From Camelus ferus (Eukaryota), in contig NC_045696.1 in NCBI RefSeq assembly GCF_009834535.1, forward strand, positions 92,072,001 through 92,132,000: DNA of 60,000 nt. Reading direction: 5' to 3'. The position numbers and the translations under genes were made by a program. This document shows positions 12,765 to 24,954 of this stretch, one piece after another; positions within the stretch are counted from its first letter, which is position 1; the number at the start of each line of letters is the position of its first letter. Under the pieces are notes generated by a model. It was not told where the DNA came from. It did no database searches and worked only from the letters and a program-made list of their open reading frames with translations.

Positions 12765-13490
12765 AATGGCTCCCAACCCTGATAGTGCATTAAAAACTCC
12801 TGGAGAACATTTTTTAAATTGAAGTATAGTTGATCTACAATGTTGTACTAGTTTCAGGTGTACAGCAAAGTGATTCAGTTATACATGTATATATTCTTTT
12901 TCAGATTCTTTTCCATTTAGGTTATTACAAGATATTGAATATAGTTCCCTATGCTCTACAGTAGGGCCTTGTTATTTATCTATTTTATATATAGTACTGT
13001 GTATCTGTTAATTCCAAACTCCTAATTTATCCCTCCTCTCCCCTCCCCTTCTCTTCCCTTTTGGTAACCATAAGTTTGTTTTCTATATTTGTGAATCTAC
13101 TTCTGTTTTGTAAATAAATTCATTTATATCATTTTTTTTTTTTAGATTTTACATATAAGTGGTATCATATGATATTTGTCTTTCTCTGCCTGACTTACTC
13201 CACTTAGGATGATAATCTCTAGGTCCATCCATGTTGCTGCAATTGGCATTATTTCATTCTTTCTTATGGCTGAATACTATTCCATTGTGTGTGTGTGTGT
13301 GTGTATGTATGTATATATATATATACATACATACACACACACACATACCTGGAGAGCATTTTTAAAGGTATAGGTTCCCTAGTCCCACCCCTAGACATTC
13401 TGATTTAATTTGTTGATGGGGTCCAGGCATTCCTAATGTCAAAGCTTTACAGATGATTATAATGGTAGCCAGGGATGGATGCCACTATTT
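12765..13490. mobile_element. MER5-like element interrupted by L1
   Basis: MER5 motifs on both sides of the L1 ('cctggaga(a/g)cattttt' and 'cccaccc ctagacattctgatttaatt'). Confidence 0.7.
12816..13347 (-). mobile_element. Young L1 3' end with ~16-bp TSD
   Basis: Antisense L1 3'UTR 'ttgaagtatagttgatctacaatgttg...ttcaggtgtacagcaaagtgattcag'; TSD cctggaga(a/g)cattttt at ~12799 and ~13348. Confidence 0.93.
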
Positions 13491-13583
13491 TGGGTCAATA
13501 ATGATCTCTTATCTGAGACTGTTATAGGTTCTATTAGAAAGGATGAAAGAGGGGATGGTCATAGGCCTGTAGTAAGTTCAGAC

Positions 13584-13772
13584 AGTGGTTCCCAGACTTG
13601 TCTGCAATTTTGAGACACTTGGGAATCTAAAAAATTCCAAAGTTCAGACATACCTCAGACAACTAATTCCTAATCTCTAGGGGCAGGGTGGGGGGTAGGT
13701 GGGACACAGGCATCAGTAGTTTTGAAGCTCTCCAGGTGATTCCAATGTGTAGACAAGTTTGTGAACTCCATG
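13584..13772. mobile_element. MER5A-type element
   Basis: 'cagtggttcccagactt...ctctccaggtgattccaatgtgtagacaagtttgtgaac'. Confidence 0.8.
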
Positions 13773-13840
13773 TTTAAGAGAAGATTGCCATGAAGATGAC
13801 TGCACTTGAAAACAATATAATAGGTAGGTGTGGAGGGAGG

Positions 13841-14185
13841 TTATTTGGATTGGAAAAGAGAAACCTGAAGATTTATTTAATTACAGCTTCCAACTGTGTG
13901 AGAAAATTTCACAAAGGATGCTGTTGCCCATCTGAACTGAAGACCAGCAAGGAGGAAATAGGATTAACCTAGTCAGACCACTTGGGTTTGATGCAAAGAA
14001 AAATTTCCTAGCTGCAAATTATTACAATGAAATGTGGTGCAGTGAGACTGGGGTTGTGCAATCCTGTCATTTAAGAGCTGTAAAAATAGTATAGATTCTC
14101 ATCTGTTTGGAATGTTTTAGTGTCATTCTTTCTGAAGGTGAAGAGGTGGATGAAATGACCTGTCTAGATTTCTTCTTTGAGAAGT
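13841..14185 (+). mobile_element. CR1/L3 LINE 3' end (ancient)
   Basis: Translates LFGLEKRNLK, resembling CR1 ORF2 C-terminal LFSLEKRRLR; ends 'ggtggatgaaatgacc', like the CR1 3'UTR. Confidence 0.75.
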
Positions 14186-14804
14186 TTCCATTTTATTCCT
14201 CTTCTCCTCATTTCACATCTCAACTTGAAAGACAGACCTCCGCATTAACAATTCAAAGAAACATAACCTTTGCCCACCTATCTGCTTACATGGATAAACT
14301 CTCTGACAGCTAGTAATAGTTTGAGATGCCACTGGCTCGAACTGTTTGGATCTCTAAAACGCTATTTTGAGCTTCTAGATGACAAGCACACTGCCAGACA
14401 GGGGCATCCAAATTTGATTTGAATGAGTTCTTGTGTTTGAAATGTAAATGTTCTGTGATGATACACCATCACGTCTGAGCCCTGCTACACTCCAACACAC
14501 ACACACACACACACAACCAGAATAGCTATTTTCATGCCATACAGAAATAATACATGAGTTTAAATGTAGCTACAATTAAAATGTGTTTCCCTCTGTATAT
14601 GAAAATGTCACTGGCTACTGCCAGGAGGACATGCCCTCTGAAGTGTCTTTCGCAGGGCTGGTAATGAATATACCCTGATCATATCTAACCTTATTATCAG
14701 TAATACGCATCAGTCTAACTGCTGGAGTTTCAATTCAGAGGAAAAAATAGGAGGCCATTGATGGAGTAAATGGATCTTAGGTTAAAGATCAAAGATTTGG
14801 GAGT

Positions 14805-14930
14805 TCTATTCCCAAACTTTGCTACACAGTAGAATCATCATGGGAAGCTGTGGGTGCGGAAGGCAGGCATCAGTAGTTTTTAAGATCCCCAGGTGATTTC
14901 AATGTGCAGCAAAGTTTGAGAACCACTGCT
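14805..14930. mobile_element. Internally deleted MER5A
   Basis: 'cccaggtgatttcaatgtgcagcaaagtttgagaaccactg'. Confidence 0.75.
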
Positions 14931-14980
14931 TTAGCTACCTTCATTATAGGATCTAAAATCTCTTATAGAAAGAATTTCTT

Positions 14981-15084
14981 TGGGGTAGGGGGTGAGTATA
15001 GCCCAGTGATGGAGCACAGGCTTAGCATGCACGAGGTCCTGGCTTCAATCCATTTAAATAAACACATAAAACTTTTTTTTTTTT
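14981..15084 (+). mobile_element. tRNA-derived camelid SINE (Vic-1 type)
   Basis: A/B-box-like 'tatagcccagtgatggagcacaggcttagcatgcacgaggtcctggcttcaatcc'; TSD aagaatttct at 14970 and 15085. Confidence 0.85.
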
Positions 15085-15122
15085 AAGAATTTCTCTTAGG
15101 TCTCATGTCAAAAGTAAAGGTA

Positions 15123-15358
15123 AGGGACTGGGAGAGAGACAAATTAGGACTTTGGGATTAACAGATACATATTACTGTTTATAAAATAGATAAACAACAA
15201 GGACTTACTGTATAGCACAGGGAACTATATTCAATTTCCTGTAATAATATATAACGGAAAAGAATCTGAAAAAAATGTATGTATATGTATAACTGAATCA
15301 CTTTGCTGTACATCTGAAACTAACATTGTAAATCAATTATACTTCAATTAAAAAAAAA
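15123..15358 (+). mobile_element. Young L1 3' end
   Basis: 'ctgtatagcacagggaactatattcaa...actgaatcactttgctgtaca' plus poly(A). Confidence 0.92.
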
Positions 15359-15411
15359 GGTAGAAGTAGGAATTAGGTAAATTTTACCTTAATTTTCACA
15401 CTCCTTGCTGG

Positions 15412-15915
15412 GTGTGACAGAAATTAACTGTCCCAAATATTTACTGCTCTTAATTCCTCCATCAGAAGAGAACCTCTAATAGGTCTTTGACTACATGGCC
15501 ACTCAAAATAAAGGCTGCTTTTCTCAGCCTCCCTTGCACACAGGGCGTGGCTTTACACCGCAGTCCTGGCTTTACACGGGATTAAGTGGAAGTGGCGTGT
15601 GCATATTCCTAAACAGTCCTTAAAGGGAATGTACGTATTCCTCTCCCCTTCTACCTCCTTGCCATTTGGAACGCAAACATAATAGATGAAGCTCCAATAG
15701 CCAACTGGACAATAAGATGACTTTGGGAAAATGGAAATCACACAAAGCAAAGAAACAAGATATGCAGAGCCTGGCTCCCAACACCACAGAGCTTGATACA
15801 TGCCCTAGACTGACCCACTGTCTCTGGGCTTCTTAAAGGATAAGAAAAATAGAATTTTACCTTGTTTATGGCACTTTCTGTTAATTGCAGCTGAACGTAA
15901 TTCCAACAGACTCAG
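15412..15915 (+). mobile_element. MaLR LTR (MLT1J-like)
   Basis: 'ttctcagcctcccttgca...' and 'ttgcagctgaacgtaattccaac'. Confidence 0.7.
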
Positions 15916-16111
15916 TGGTTCTCATTTTGGTTTAATATTAGAAACACCCAAGGCTCAAGTAGCATATTGAAGTTGGTGATTATGATACCTAAGTTTGGAA
16001 CAAATATTCAGATATCCCCGGGAGCTAGAAATGCATGGTGAGGGTAAAAATTTGAAAAGCAATGATTGATTAGACTCCTTTTGGAAAAGCAAATCTACTG
16101 AGTGAAATATT

Positions 16112-16360
16112 TAGCAGTACAGTGTAGTGATTAAAGACTTCTTTTCAGGAGATAAATAGCCCTAGACTTAAATCCTGGACTTGCCACTTACTAGCCACAA
16201 AGGTAGGCTAATTTACCTTTTCTAAGCCAGTTTCCTCACTTATAAAATGGGCCAGTAACAGTACCTATTGCTGGTGGTATGGGGGATAATTAAATGAGAT
16301 AATCTAAGACAGTGCTTAGTATAGTAACTGCCACATAGTAAAGGCTCATTAAGTTTTGGC
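16112..16360 (+). mobile_element. MIR SINE
   Basis: 'cagtttcctcacttataaaatgg...ttaaatgagataat'. Confidence 0.85.
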
Positions 16361-16467
16361 TGGGAAAAAATGTGGGTAGAATTTATGATCTGGTTTTTAA
16401 TTACATTTTAGTCCCTGACTGCTTGGTTCCTCTCTGTTCAATGTGGTAGCCACTAACCACATATGTT

Positions 16468-17165
16468 GCCACTTCACATTTACTACAGTGGCTACAATAA
16501 AAAAGAGACAATAACAGTTGTTGGCTTGAATGTGGAGAAATTGCAACCTGTATACATTGCTGGTGGGAATGTAAAATGATGTAACCATTTTGGAAAACAG
16601 TCTGGCAGTTCCTCCAAATGTTAAATATAGACTTACATGACCCAGCAATTCTCCTAGGTATAAACCAAGAGAAATAAAAACATGTGTCCACACAAAAACT
16701 CGTATGGGCGTGCTCACAGCTTATTCACAATAGTCAAAAAGTGGAAAAAATCCAAGTGTCCATCTACTGATGAATGGGTAACCAAAACATCCCACACAAT
16801 GGAATATTATTTGGCAATAAAAAGAGGGAAGTATTGATACATGCTACAGTATGGATGGACCTTGAAAACATTATTATAAGTGAAAGAAGCCAGTCACAAA
16901 ACTCTACTTACTGTATAATGCCACTTACATGAAATGCTCAGAATAGACAAATCTATGGTGATGGAAAGGTTAGTGACTGCCTAGGGCAGGAGGTAGGGGG
17001 AATGGGAATGACTGCCAATAGGTATGGGGTTTCCTTTGGGGTGAAAAAATGTTCTAAAATTAGATTGTGGTGATGGTTGCACAACTCTGTGACTGTACTA
17101 ATGTACACTTTAAATGGTTGAATATAATAGTATGTAAATTATAGCCCAATAATGCTGTTAAGGAC
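16468..17165 (+). mobile_element. L1MB/MC-type 3' end
   Basis: 'catgacccagcaattctcctaggtataaaccaagagaaat' and 'attagattgtggtgatggttgcacaactctg'. Confidence 0.9.
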
Positions 17166-17575
17166 AAAACGTGGCATCCCGCCAAAAAAAAAAAAGTTTT
17201 TTTGAAACTTAGCTTTGTAGGAAAATAGGGGAAATAATGAAATTTGCCAAGGCATCATCATATAATGGAAAGAACATTGGTCAAGAGTCAAGACCTAAAT
17301 TCTAGGTCTGCAGTCACTGCTCACCAACAGCAAGACCTAGGGCAAGTCTCTTAACCTGTCTTTAGCCTCTTCATTTATTAAAGGATGAAGGTTCCATTTC
17401 TAATATTTAGTGGCAATAATATTTTCCTGTTGACCTGATAAACAGCTGTTACATCTGATTCTCAAGGGGCTTCATGATCCAACACATGAAAGAGCTGCTG
17501 CTTATTGCTTCAGCCCTGTTCTCTCCTTACTGGGAAAATCTGATGAAATACCTACAGATCTCCAGGCTGTCAGGC

Positions 17576-17665
17576 CAGCAGCAACTGCAGAGTATGTTCC
17601 CAGAGGAATCCTGCAGAAACTTCCTCAGCAGCAACTGCAGAGTATGTTCCCAGAGGAATCCTGCA
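17576..17665. repeat. Perfect 40-bp direct repeat, 50-bp period
   Basis: cagcagcaactgcagagtatgttcccagaggaatcctgca at 17576-17615 and 17626-17665. Confidence 0.97.
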
Positions 17666-18329
17666 AAGAGAGAAGGGATCATGTTCTAACTCAGTTTTGA
17701 TGGAAGCATTTGGTTCAGGCTATGTCCTTTTGCAGACCAAGAAGGGTGTGAGGGAGAAAAATAAGGCAAGCATCAAGTTGCTTCTGCTCAAAATCATCTT
17801 CTTTATACTATATCAAGAACAAAACAAACAAAACAAGAGATCTAATCAATTATAATCTCATCTCAAAAAGAATAATATAAAGTTGGAAGGGATATTTGTT
17901 CCAATCCTCTCATCTCACTGATACAGAGATCAGTGACCAGGGTTTAAGTGACTTGTCCATGGTCCCATTATCCATAGAACTTGGACTAGAACCATTAACT
18001 GGAAACTCTAATTCTGATGCCTTTTTCTTTGACCTAATATACCACATCTTCTTAGTTGAATTTCATAGAGTGGGAGAGGAAAGATTAAGCCTCACACACA
18101 CCTTAGTTTTATTTAATTTAATTAAACAATCAGTGCAATTAAATTATAAGGGAATGTTGAAGAAATTAAATCTCAGCCTTATTCTGAAAGAATTACTTCA
18201 ATCAAATGTAAGGCCAGTATTTCCAAACTTCTTTGTTGAAAAAGTCGGTATGCCTCCTGCCTCAAAACTCCTGTAGATCCAGTTTGTTGATCTCATGCTG
18301 TCTCACTACTTTAAATACTCCTCTCCTCT

Positions 18330-20215
18330 TCATAATTCAATGCTGATACACCAGGAAATCCTGTTGACTTGACCTTCAAAATATACTCAGAATCCAGCCA
18401 CTTCTCCACTGTCATTACCACCATACTGGTCCAAATCACCATTATCTTTCCCCCCTGGATTACTGCCAATCATCCCCTCATTTCTGCTCAATATACCAGG
18501 CAAAACAATGCTTTGAAGTGTAAGTCAGATCACGTCACAATTCTGCTCAAAACCCCCAGTGGTGCCCTCAAATCAGACTGAGGCACACACTGGGTGAAAT
18601 TATGTTTAAAAATGGCACTCCTGAAAAAGTTATTACAGAGAGTCAATCTAGTTTAAATAAGACAGCATCTGTTTTACTGTGAAGATCACCGGCGTAGTGA
18701 CTGATATTTCAGATGATTGGAGAAGAAAGAAACTGATGAACAATGTGTATCTCAGAGGAACTTAGATCGGATGTTAGATTGTTTGGCTTTTATATTTGAA
18801 TGACTTCTTATAGAAGATTGCATTAAAAACTGTATTTCAGCATTGCAATTTATCTGTTCAGACTTTTAAAACAAGGAAGTTTACTCAAAATCCTACTCTC
18901 TAAAGACTGAGAAAGTGCTAGCTGCAATTATGAAGAAACCCTCTGGCTGACTTTACAGAGCACACGTGTGGTCACGTTGTCTTGTTTCTGGTTCCTGAGT
19001 CACCTGAGTGACATTCGTGTTTTTAAATTGCTGGAGGGAAACTGGGCCTTTTCCACAGAGGTCACATAGTGTCTACACACTGCTTAGGTGCTTCTTTCTT
19101 CCTCGGGATAAATGTTAGCATTCGGAAGTAATCTTCTCAATCACGATTTGGAAAATTTCATGAGTGCAATCATAAAACAATTATCAGAAATATTTTTGAC
19201 GTAAAAATTATAATGTTCTAACTTGTTTTATAAGTTTGAATAGTGTTTCTGTCCCTTAATTGATTTTCTATTTGTTGATTTGTTAATCAGACTGACAGTA
19301 GCAAATCCGATATTACTTAAATAGATAGATTGCTTATTGTCTATTTAATGAAGTAGGTAACATGTTTAAACTACATAATACGAAAATTTTGTCGTACTTA
19401 CCTTTTTTCCAGAACTATTACTTTATGCACTTTTCCTATAAACACATACTGTTGATTAAAAGGTGGTTAATCCTAACCATCTTTTGTTCTTCAAACTGGT
19501 GCTATATTTCATCAAGACCAATAAAGTTTTTCCCAAATGTAAAAAAACAAAAATAAAAACAAACAAACAAACAAAACAACCCAACGGCTTCCCACAGAAG
19601 CCACAGTCCTTACCATGGCCTCCAAGGCTCTGTCCTCTTCCTCCCACTTCTTCCATTCATTCTGCTCCTGCCGCAGGCATCTCCTTGCTGTTCCTTGAGC
19701 AATTCAGGTGTATTCACCTTTGCTCTAACTGGTTCTTCTGCTGGAAATACTTTTCTGCAGGGGGAAATGCTGAAATACATGCAAATTTGTAGACCTGTAT
19801 TAAGAAATCACAAATGCAAAATTAAATGCAAGTCCTTGAAGTGGGCCCCTGTGAGCTAGGGATCTTGAAATTCAAGCTTCACTAGCTTCATAGTAAATCC
19901 ACTTCCTATTTCTTTTTTTCTTCAGATGTCTGCTAGCCTGACGACCTCACATCCTTCGAAGTTTTGTTCTAATCTTACCTTCTCACTGAGGCCGGCTGTG
20001 ACCTCTCTGTGTAATACGGCAACATGTTCCTCCGCTCTCATACTTTTTTCTTCCCTATGACAATTAGCATCTTTTAACACACTATAATTAACTCGTTTAT
20101 TATCTCTACTGCTCCTCCTCCATGATCTTGACAGAATATAAGCTCCAGTATCGCCAGTCCCTAGAACAGTCCTGGCACAGAGTAGGTGTTAAACATTTGT
20201 AGAAGGAATGAATTT
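18330..20215 (+). mobile_element. L2 (3' portion) interrupted by a retrocopy and a hAT-like fragment
   Basis: 'aagtcagatcacgtcacaattctgctcaaaaccc' resumes as 'ggcttccca...ccttaccatggcc' after the insert; 3' end 'cctggcacagagtaggtgttaaacatttgtagaaggaatgaat'. Confidence 0.8.
18563..19572 (+). pseudogene. 5'-truncated processed retrocopy (mRNA 3'UTR, possibly last codons) of an unidentified gene
   Basis: ~1 kb AT-rich sequence unlike known repeats; AATAAA at 19520-19525; A-rich tail from 19541; degenerate TSD; splits an L2. Confidence 0.7.
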
Positions 20216-20324
20216 CTATTTCTTTAATGCCATTTTAAAAGCAATTGAAACTCCTAGGCCTGGCATATGCTAGGTGCTCAGTTAGCATCATCTTGAGGAA
20301 TAAATTTTAAAAAGCCATTACTGC

Positions 20325-20775
20325 TACTATTCATCCAGTATTTAGCACGTGCCAAATTCTTTTTTATATTCTCTTGACAGTCCCACTAGAAGGGTACTAT
20401 TATTATTCCTAGCTTACAGCTGAGAGAACCAAGTTTAAATACATTGCCTATGGTCATATAGCTCAGAAGTAACCAACTGGGACTAAACCCAGGTATGTCT
20501 TATTCTAAAGCCTGTGATCTTTCCATTTTGCTGCTACCAAGTGACATTAGTAGTCCAGTTCCTTTCAGGCATGGTTGAGGGAGGCCCTAGAAAAAACCAC
20601 CTGAATTTGTGATTCTTGCACAGCTCCAGTAAGTACTTGTTTTGAGACCCTGAGCAAGTTTCTTAACCTCTGAGTTTCAGTTTTCTCTTCTCTAAAATAG
20701 GCATCACAAAATTTTCCTTGAAGGATAGAGATGAGAAATAAAGGAATAGTGTTTGTATTTAATAAGCATTTAATA
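20325..20775. mobile_element. Two MIR fragments in opposite orientation
   Basis: 'cttacagctgagagaaccaag' (-) and 'aacctctgagtttcagttttctcttctctaaaat' (+). Confidence 0.7.
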
Positions 20776-21419
20776 AATATTCCCCTCAAAGGATTTGAAC
20801 GAGTTTATCACTAAACACACACATTCATAAATAGCACTTGGAGGAGCGAGCAGGCCGGCAGCTACGGGAAGTTTGTGGGAGAGTTTTTCTGGAGCCATGC
20901 ACACAGGGCTGAGCTCAAGAGAACAACGTAGAAGTGAGGCAGGGAAGCCCAACGGTGCAAACCACAAGGGAATGCAAGTGACGCTCTTCTGAAGTTACAT
21001 CTTGTCCTTGTCGCCCACAGGCTGGCTTGCTCACATCTTTCCGTAAGACCCTGGAGTAGGTCTTTTTTTTAACACTTCACTGAACAAGTGTCACAGGATA
21101 TCTGAAGTTTCCTGGAATTAAGTCATCTCATACAATTTCAAATATTTGAAGTGCTAAATGAAAGAAAAGCTCCAAATTCTTGTTATATTTCTGCCAAGCT
21201 TCTTTGGGAACAATGGATAAGGAGAGCCAATCTGGCAGAGTGAGGTGTGGGGGAGGTTGAGCCAAAGGCGAGGAGGGCCGGTAGGTGAGGAGGGACTGGC
21301 TAGTACCCCCAAGACTCTAGTTAACTCGGCGGAGGGCCCAGGGCTTGCCTCATGCACCCCGAAGGGGCCCCCATCTTACACAGACTTTGGCATAGGGCAG
21401 CATTCATTCAGGTTATTTA

Positions 21420-21920
21420 TTTTCTTCTTTTTCTTTTTAAATGAAGTATAGTGGATTTACAATGTTGTGTTAATTTCTGGTGTACAGCATAGTGATTCAG
21501 TTATACACATATATATATTATTTTTCAGATTCTTTTTCATTATAGGTTATTACAAGCATTGAATTTAGTTTCCTGTGCTCTATAGTAGGACCTTGTTATT
21601 TATCTATTTTATATATAGTAGTTTGTATCTGCTACTCCCAAACTCCTAACTTATCCCTCCACTCGCTTCTTTGGTAACCATAAGTTTGTCCTCTATGTCT
21701 GTGAGTCTGTTTCTGTTTTGTAAATAAGTTCATTTGTGTCCTTTTTTTAGATCTGACATATAAGTGTTATCATATACTATTTGTCCTTGTCTTACTTATT
21801 TCACTTAGTATGATGATCTCCAGGCCCATCCATGTTGCTGCAAATGGCATTATTTCATTCTTTTTATGGCTGAGTAGTATTCCATTGTGTATATACCACA
21901 ACTTCTTTATCCAATCATCA
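21420..21920 (-). mobile_element. Young L1 3' end
   Basis: poly(T) then 'gaagtatagtggatttacaatgttgtg...catccatgttgctgcaaatggcattatttcattc'. Confidence 0.92.
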
Positions 21921-22149
21921 GCCATCACTGCAACCTGGAAACATTTTAAATATCTCTTAAGTTATCAATTTAATCTAATGAGAGAAGAATTAGCTTCTGT
22001 GTAAAATATTATAAAAGAATAATTTAAAAACCTACAACCCTAATGTGGCAACAACTAGAAATACGTATTTCATAAAGACGTCCATGTATCTAATCTATGC
22101 AACATTCTTGGTTTTCTAGCTCATAATGCAGGGAAGGTGGGACAATAAG

Positions 22150-22550
22150 GATTAAGTCTGGCTATGAGTAACAGAGTCTTGAAAAAGAACAGAGTAAACA
22201 AGATAGAACCTTATTTTCTTTTCATTTAAAAGAAAACTATAGGAAGTCAGTCCAGGAGGAGCATGGTGCTCAGTGTCATCAGGGACTAGAACTCCTTCCA
22301 GCTTTCTGTGTCTTGGCTGTGGTGCTTGATAGCTGCTGGAGCTCCTCATTTGAAGCAGCAGATAGATGGAAGGGAAACTTTCTATACTTTCAATATTGCA
22401 CCTTTTTCCTGCTTACATCTGATTGGCCAGAACTTAGTCACATGCCACACCCAGTTGCAAGGGAAGCTGGGAAAGGTAATCGACCAGCTGGGTGCATGGT
22501 ACCCAGAGAAAAATTAGGTTTTGTTATAAGAAAGGGGAGGATAATATTGG
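22150..22550 (-). mobile_element. MaLR LTR (MLT1K-like)
   Basis: 'gattggccagaacttagtcacatgccacacccagttgcaagggaagctgggaaa'. Confidence 0.75.
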
Positions 22551-22761
22551 GAGTCTATTTGAAATCTTCTTCCTGTTCCTTTCTAACCCTTAACTGTGAT
22601 GAATAACTATTTCTGGTGTTCTGAATATTAGGTAAGAATGTCTGTTTATATAAATTATTATACATAATTTTCATATAGTCAATAAAATGCCATAGGATGG
22701 GAGTCAACAGACATCTAAAATTGTGAAACAAAGTGGGGTGCAATAACAGCCCAGGAAATGG

Positions 22762-22985
22762 TGGGGGGTGGGAAGAGATAGACTGGGATTTCAAAATTCT
22801 AGAATAGATAAACAAGATTATACTGTATAGCACAGGGAAATATACACAAGATCTTATGGGAGCTCACAGAGGAGATAATGTGACAATGAATATATATATG
22901 TTCATGTATGACTGAAAAATTGTGCTCTACACTGGAATTTGACACAACATTGTAAAATGATTATAAATCAATAAAAAAAAAAAAC
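22762..22985 (+). mobile_element. Very young camelid-type L1 3' end with 15-bp TSD
   Basis: TSD cagcccaggaaatgg at 22747-22761 and 22986-23000; intact poly(A). Confidence 0.93.
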
Positions 22986-24954
22986 CAGCCCAGGAAATGG
23001 GTTCAAAATCTGATTCAATTTCAGTTGATTAATCTCAGCTGGCCTAGGATGGCAGTGAGTAAAACCCCAGAAAAACATTTAAAATTTTTTTGGTCTTTGA
23101 GCTACTAATATCTTTGTGTAAATTGTTTAGTAGTAAGTTTTTTTTTTTTTAAATCCTTGGGCTGTTTTATATATGTGATTTTTAAAAGATATTTACTATG
23201 TGTAGGAGAATATGATGATTAAATTCATCAGTCTGATCTACTAGCTAAAGAACTGTTTAAACCTTCAGGAAGATTTTGTCTGTGGGATTTATGTCTATAC
23301 CGTTAAATGTATGAGGTGTTTGAGGGAATAAAATATAGTAACCTCATATTTGTGGCTTGAAATGTCAAAAGCAATCTGATTAATTATGTAGGAGGTACTG
23401 ACCATTAAGAAATTCTCCTTTATTAAATTTAATGAACTGAACATTATTTAAAAAATGAGTTCCATCTGATTTATAAAAAGATCTAACAGCATAAAAAATA
23501 CAATATAAAAATATATCTGTGAATTGTGCTCAGTGGCCTAAAAAACAGCAGATTTAAAAATGAAAACCTGTAACATAATGGATACTAACGAAAATCCAAG
23601 TAATTGGGAACATTCCTTTGCACACACAAAAGCTCTATCACTAAAAAATGGCCAGCAGGTATTATTTCCCACCCCCCATCTCACAAATGAAGAGAGTAAG
23701 GCTCAGAGTAGTTAGGTGATTTGCCGTCTGTCTCACAGTGGGTCACTCAGCTGGGATGCAAGCTGAACCTCCCCATCCTGCCTCAGGTGGGGCTAGCGTT
23801 CTGTTTCCAGGAGGGAGCTCCTGGGAAAGGTAGGCTGTCTTTCACTCTGGCTAGAATTGCGGTGCCTGGCTGAATGCCTTTGCAGTGTCAGCTTCCGGGA
23901 TCCCTCACATGAGTGACAGAAATATATGTATTGTTTTTAATTAATTTGCTTTAATTGAAAAATTAATATATACACATAATTTTTAAAATCCAATAAAAAT
24001 CCAGAAAGTACAAGGGTCTGTGAAAAGTAAGTTGTTCTAATTTTCCTCACTTCAGACCCCCTGCAGTTCTCCTCTGCAGCGGCGAGCATTGGGAATAATT
24101 TCTTGTGCATCTTTCCAGAAACAAACAGTCTATGCACGTACTAACCCATTTACAGTCATGTATACATACATCCCTGTTTTAAACTTTTAAACTTTACCCT
24201 CATACTGTTTCATTTTTTTTTTTTAACCACATGTGTATACTTGCTTAAAAAAAAAAATAAATAAATAGGTAGTTTTGCCCAGTTTATTCAGCTGGGTCGC
24301 AAAGCATCTTCCAAACTCTGTGCTTTTGGACCAGAAGAACTATAACCTGTTCATGGAGATTCTCTTAGCACATCTGGAATCACACCACAGCTCTCTGGTC
24401 TGCTCATTGATAATGTCAATCCAGAAAAACAGGTGCTGGGGTGGAGGAGATTGTGCCTGGGTGTGCCTTCGAGACAATTTATCTGTGATTATTTGTCCTT
24501 TCTCTGGTACCCTGGTCTTGGCACATGGTTGGATCACTGATGGAGGCTGGGATAGCTCTGGTTTGCTTCAGGATTTCAGACCTCACCTTTCAGAGGTGAG
24601 TTCCTCTAAGCTCTGTCGTAATCATAGATGTACAATAACTTTGAAAACTATGAAGCCCTGTAACTAGGCTTGAATACCAGGGAGCAGAGAAATCCCTGTT
24701 GAAGAGTCAATGGGAGAACTCTTAGAATTATCAAAGAAGTTCAGGAAAATGGCTGTCATTAGAGAATCTTGTAGGAATTGTTGCCTGGATACTAGCAATA
24801 ACCAGCTAAGCCAGCGTTTCCCACACTTTGGGCATTAAAATATGACCTTTATCAATTTTTTTTTTTTGCTATATTCAGGTATGACTCTGCTATTATTTAC
24901 TTATTTTTTCTTTCACTAGATTCATTTTTATTTAAATTAAATGTATTAAACTAT

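Noticed and set aside
17576..17665. Repeat-spacer-repeat pattern resembling CRISPR
   Set aside because: Eukaryotic DNA, only two units, a 10-nt spacer and no cas genes; a simple tandem duplication
23030..23045. 'taatctcagctggc' resembling the 5' part of miR-216a
   Set aside because: The match stops after about 14 nt and no hairpin partner is evident
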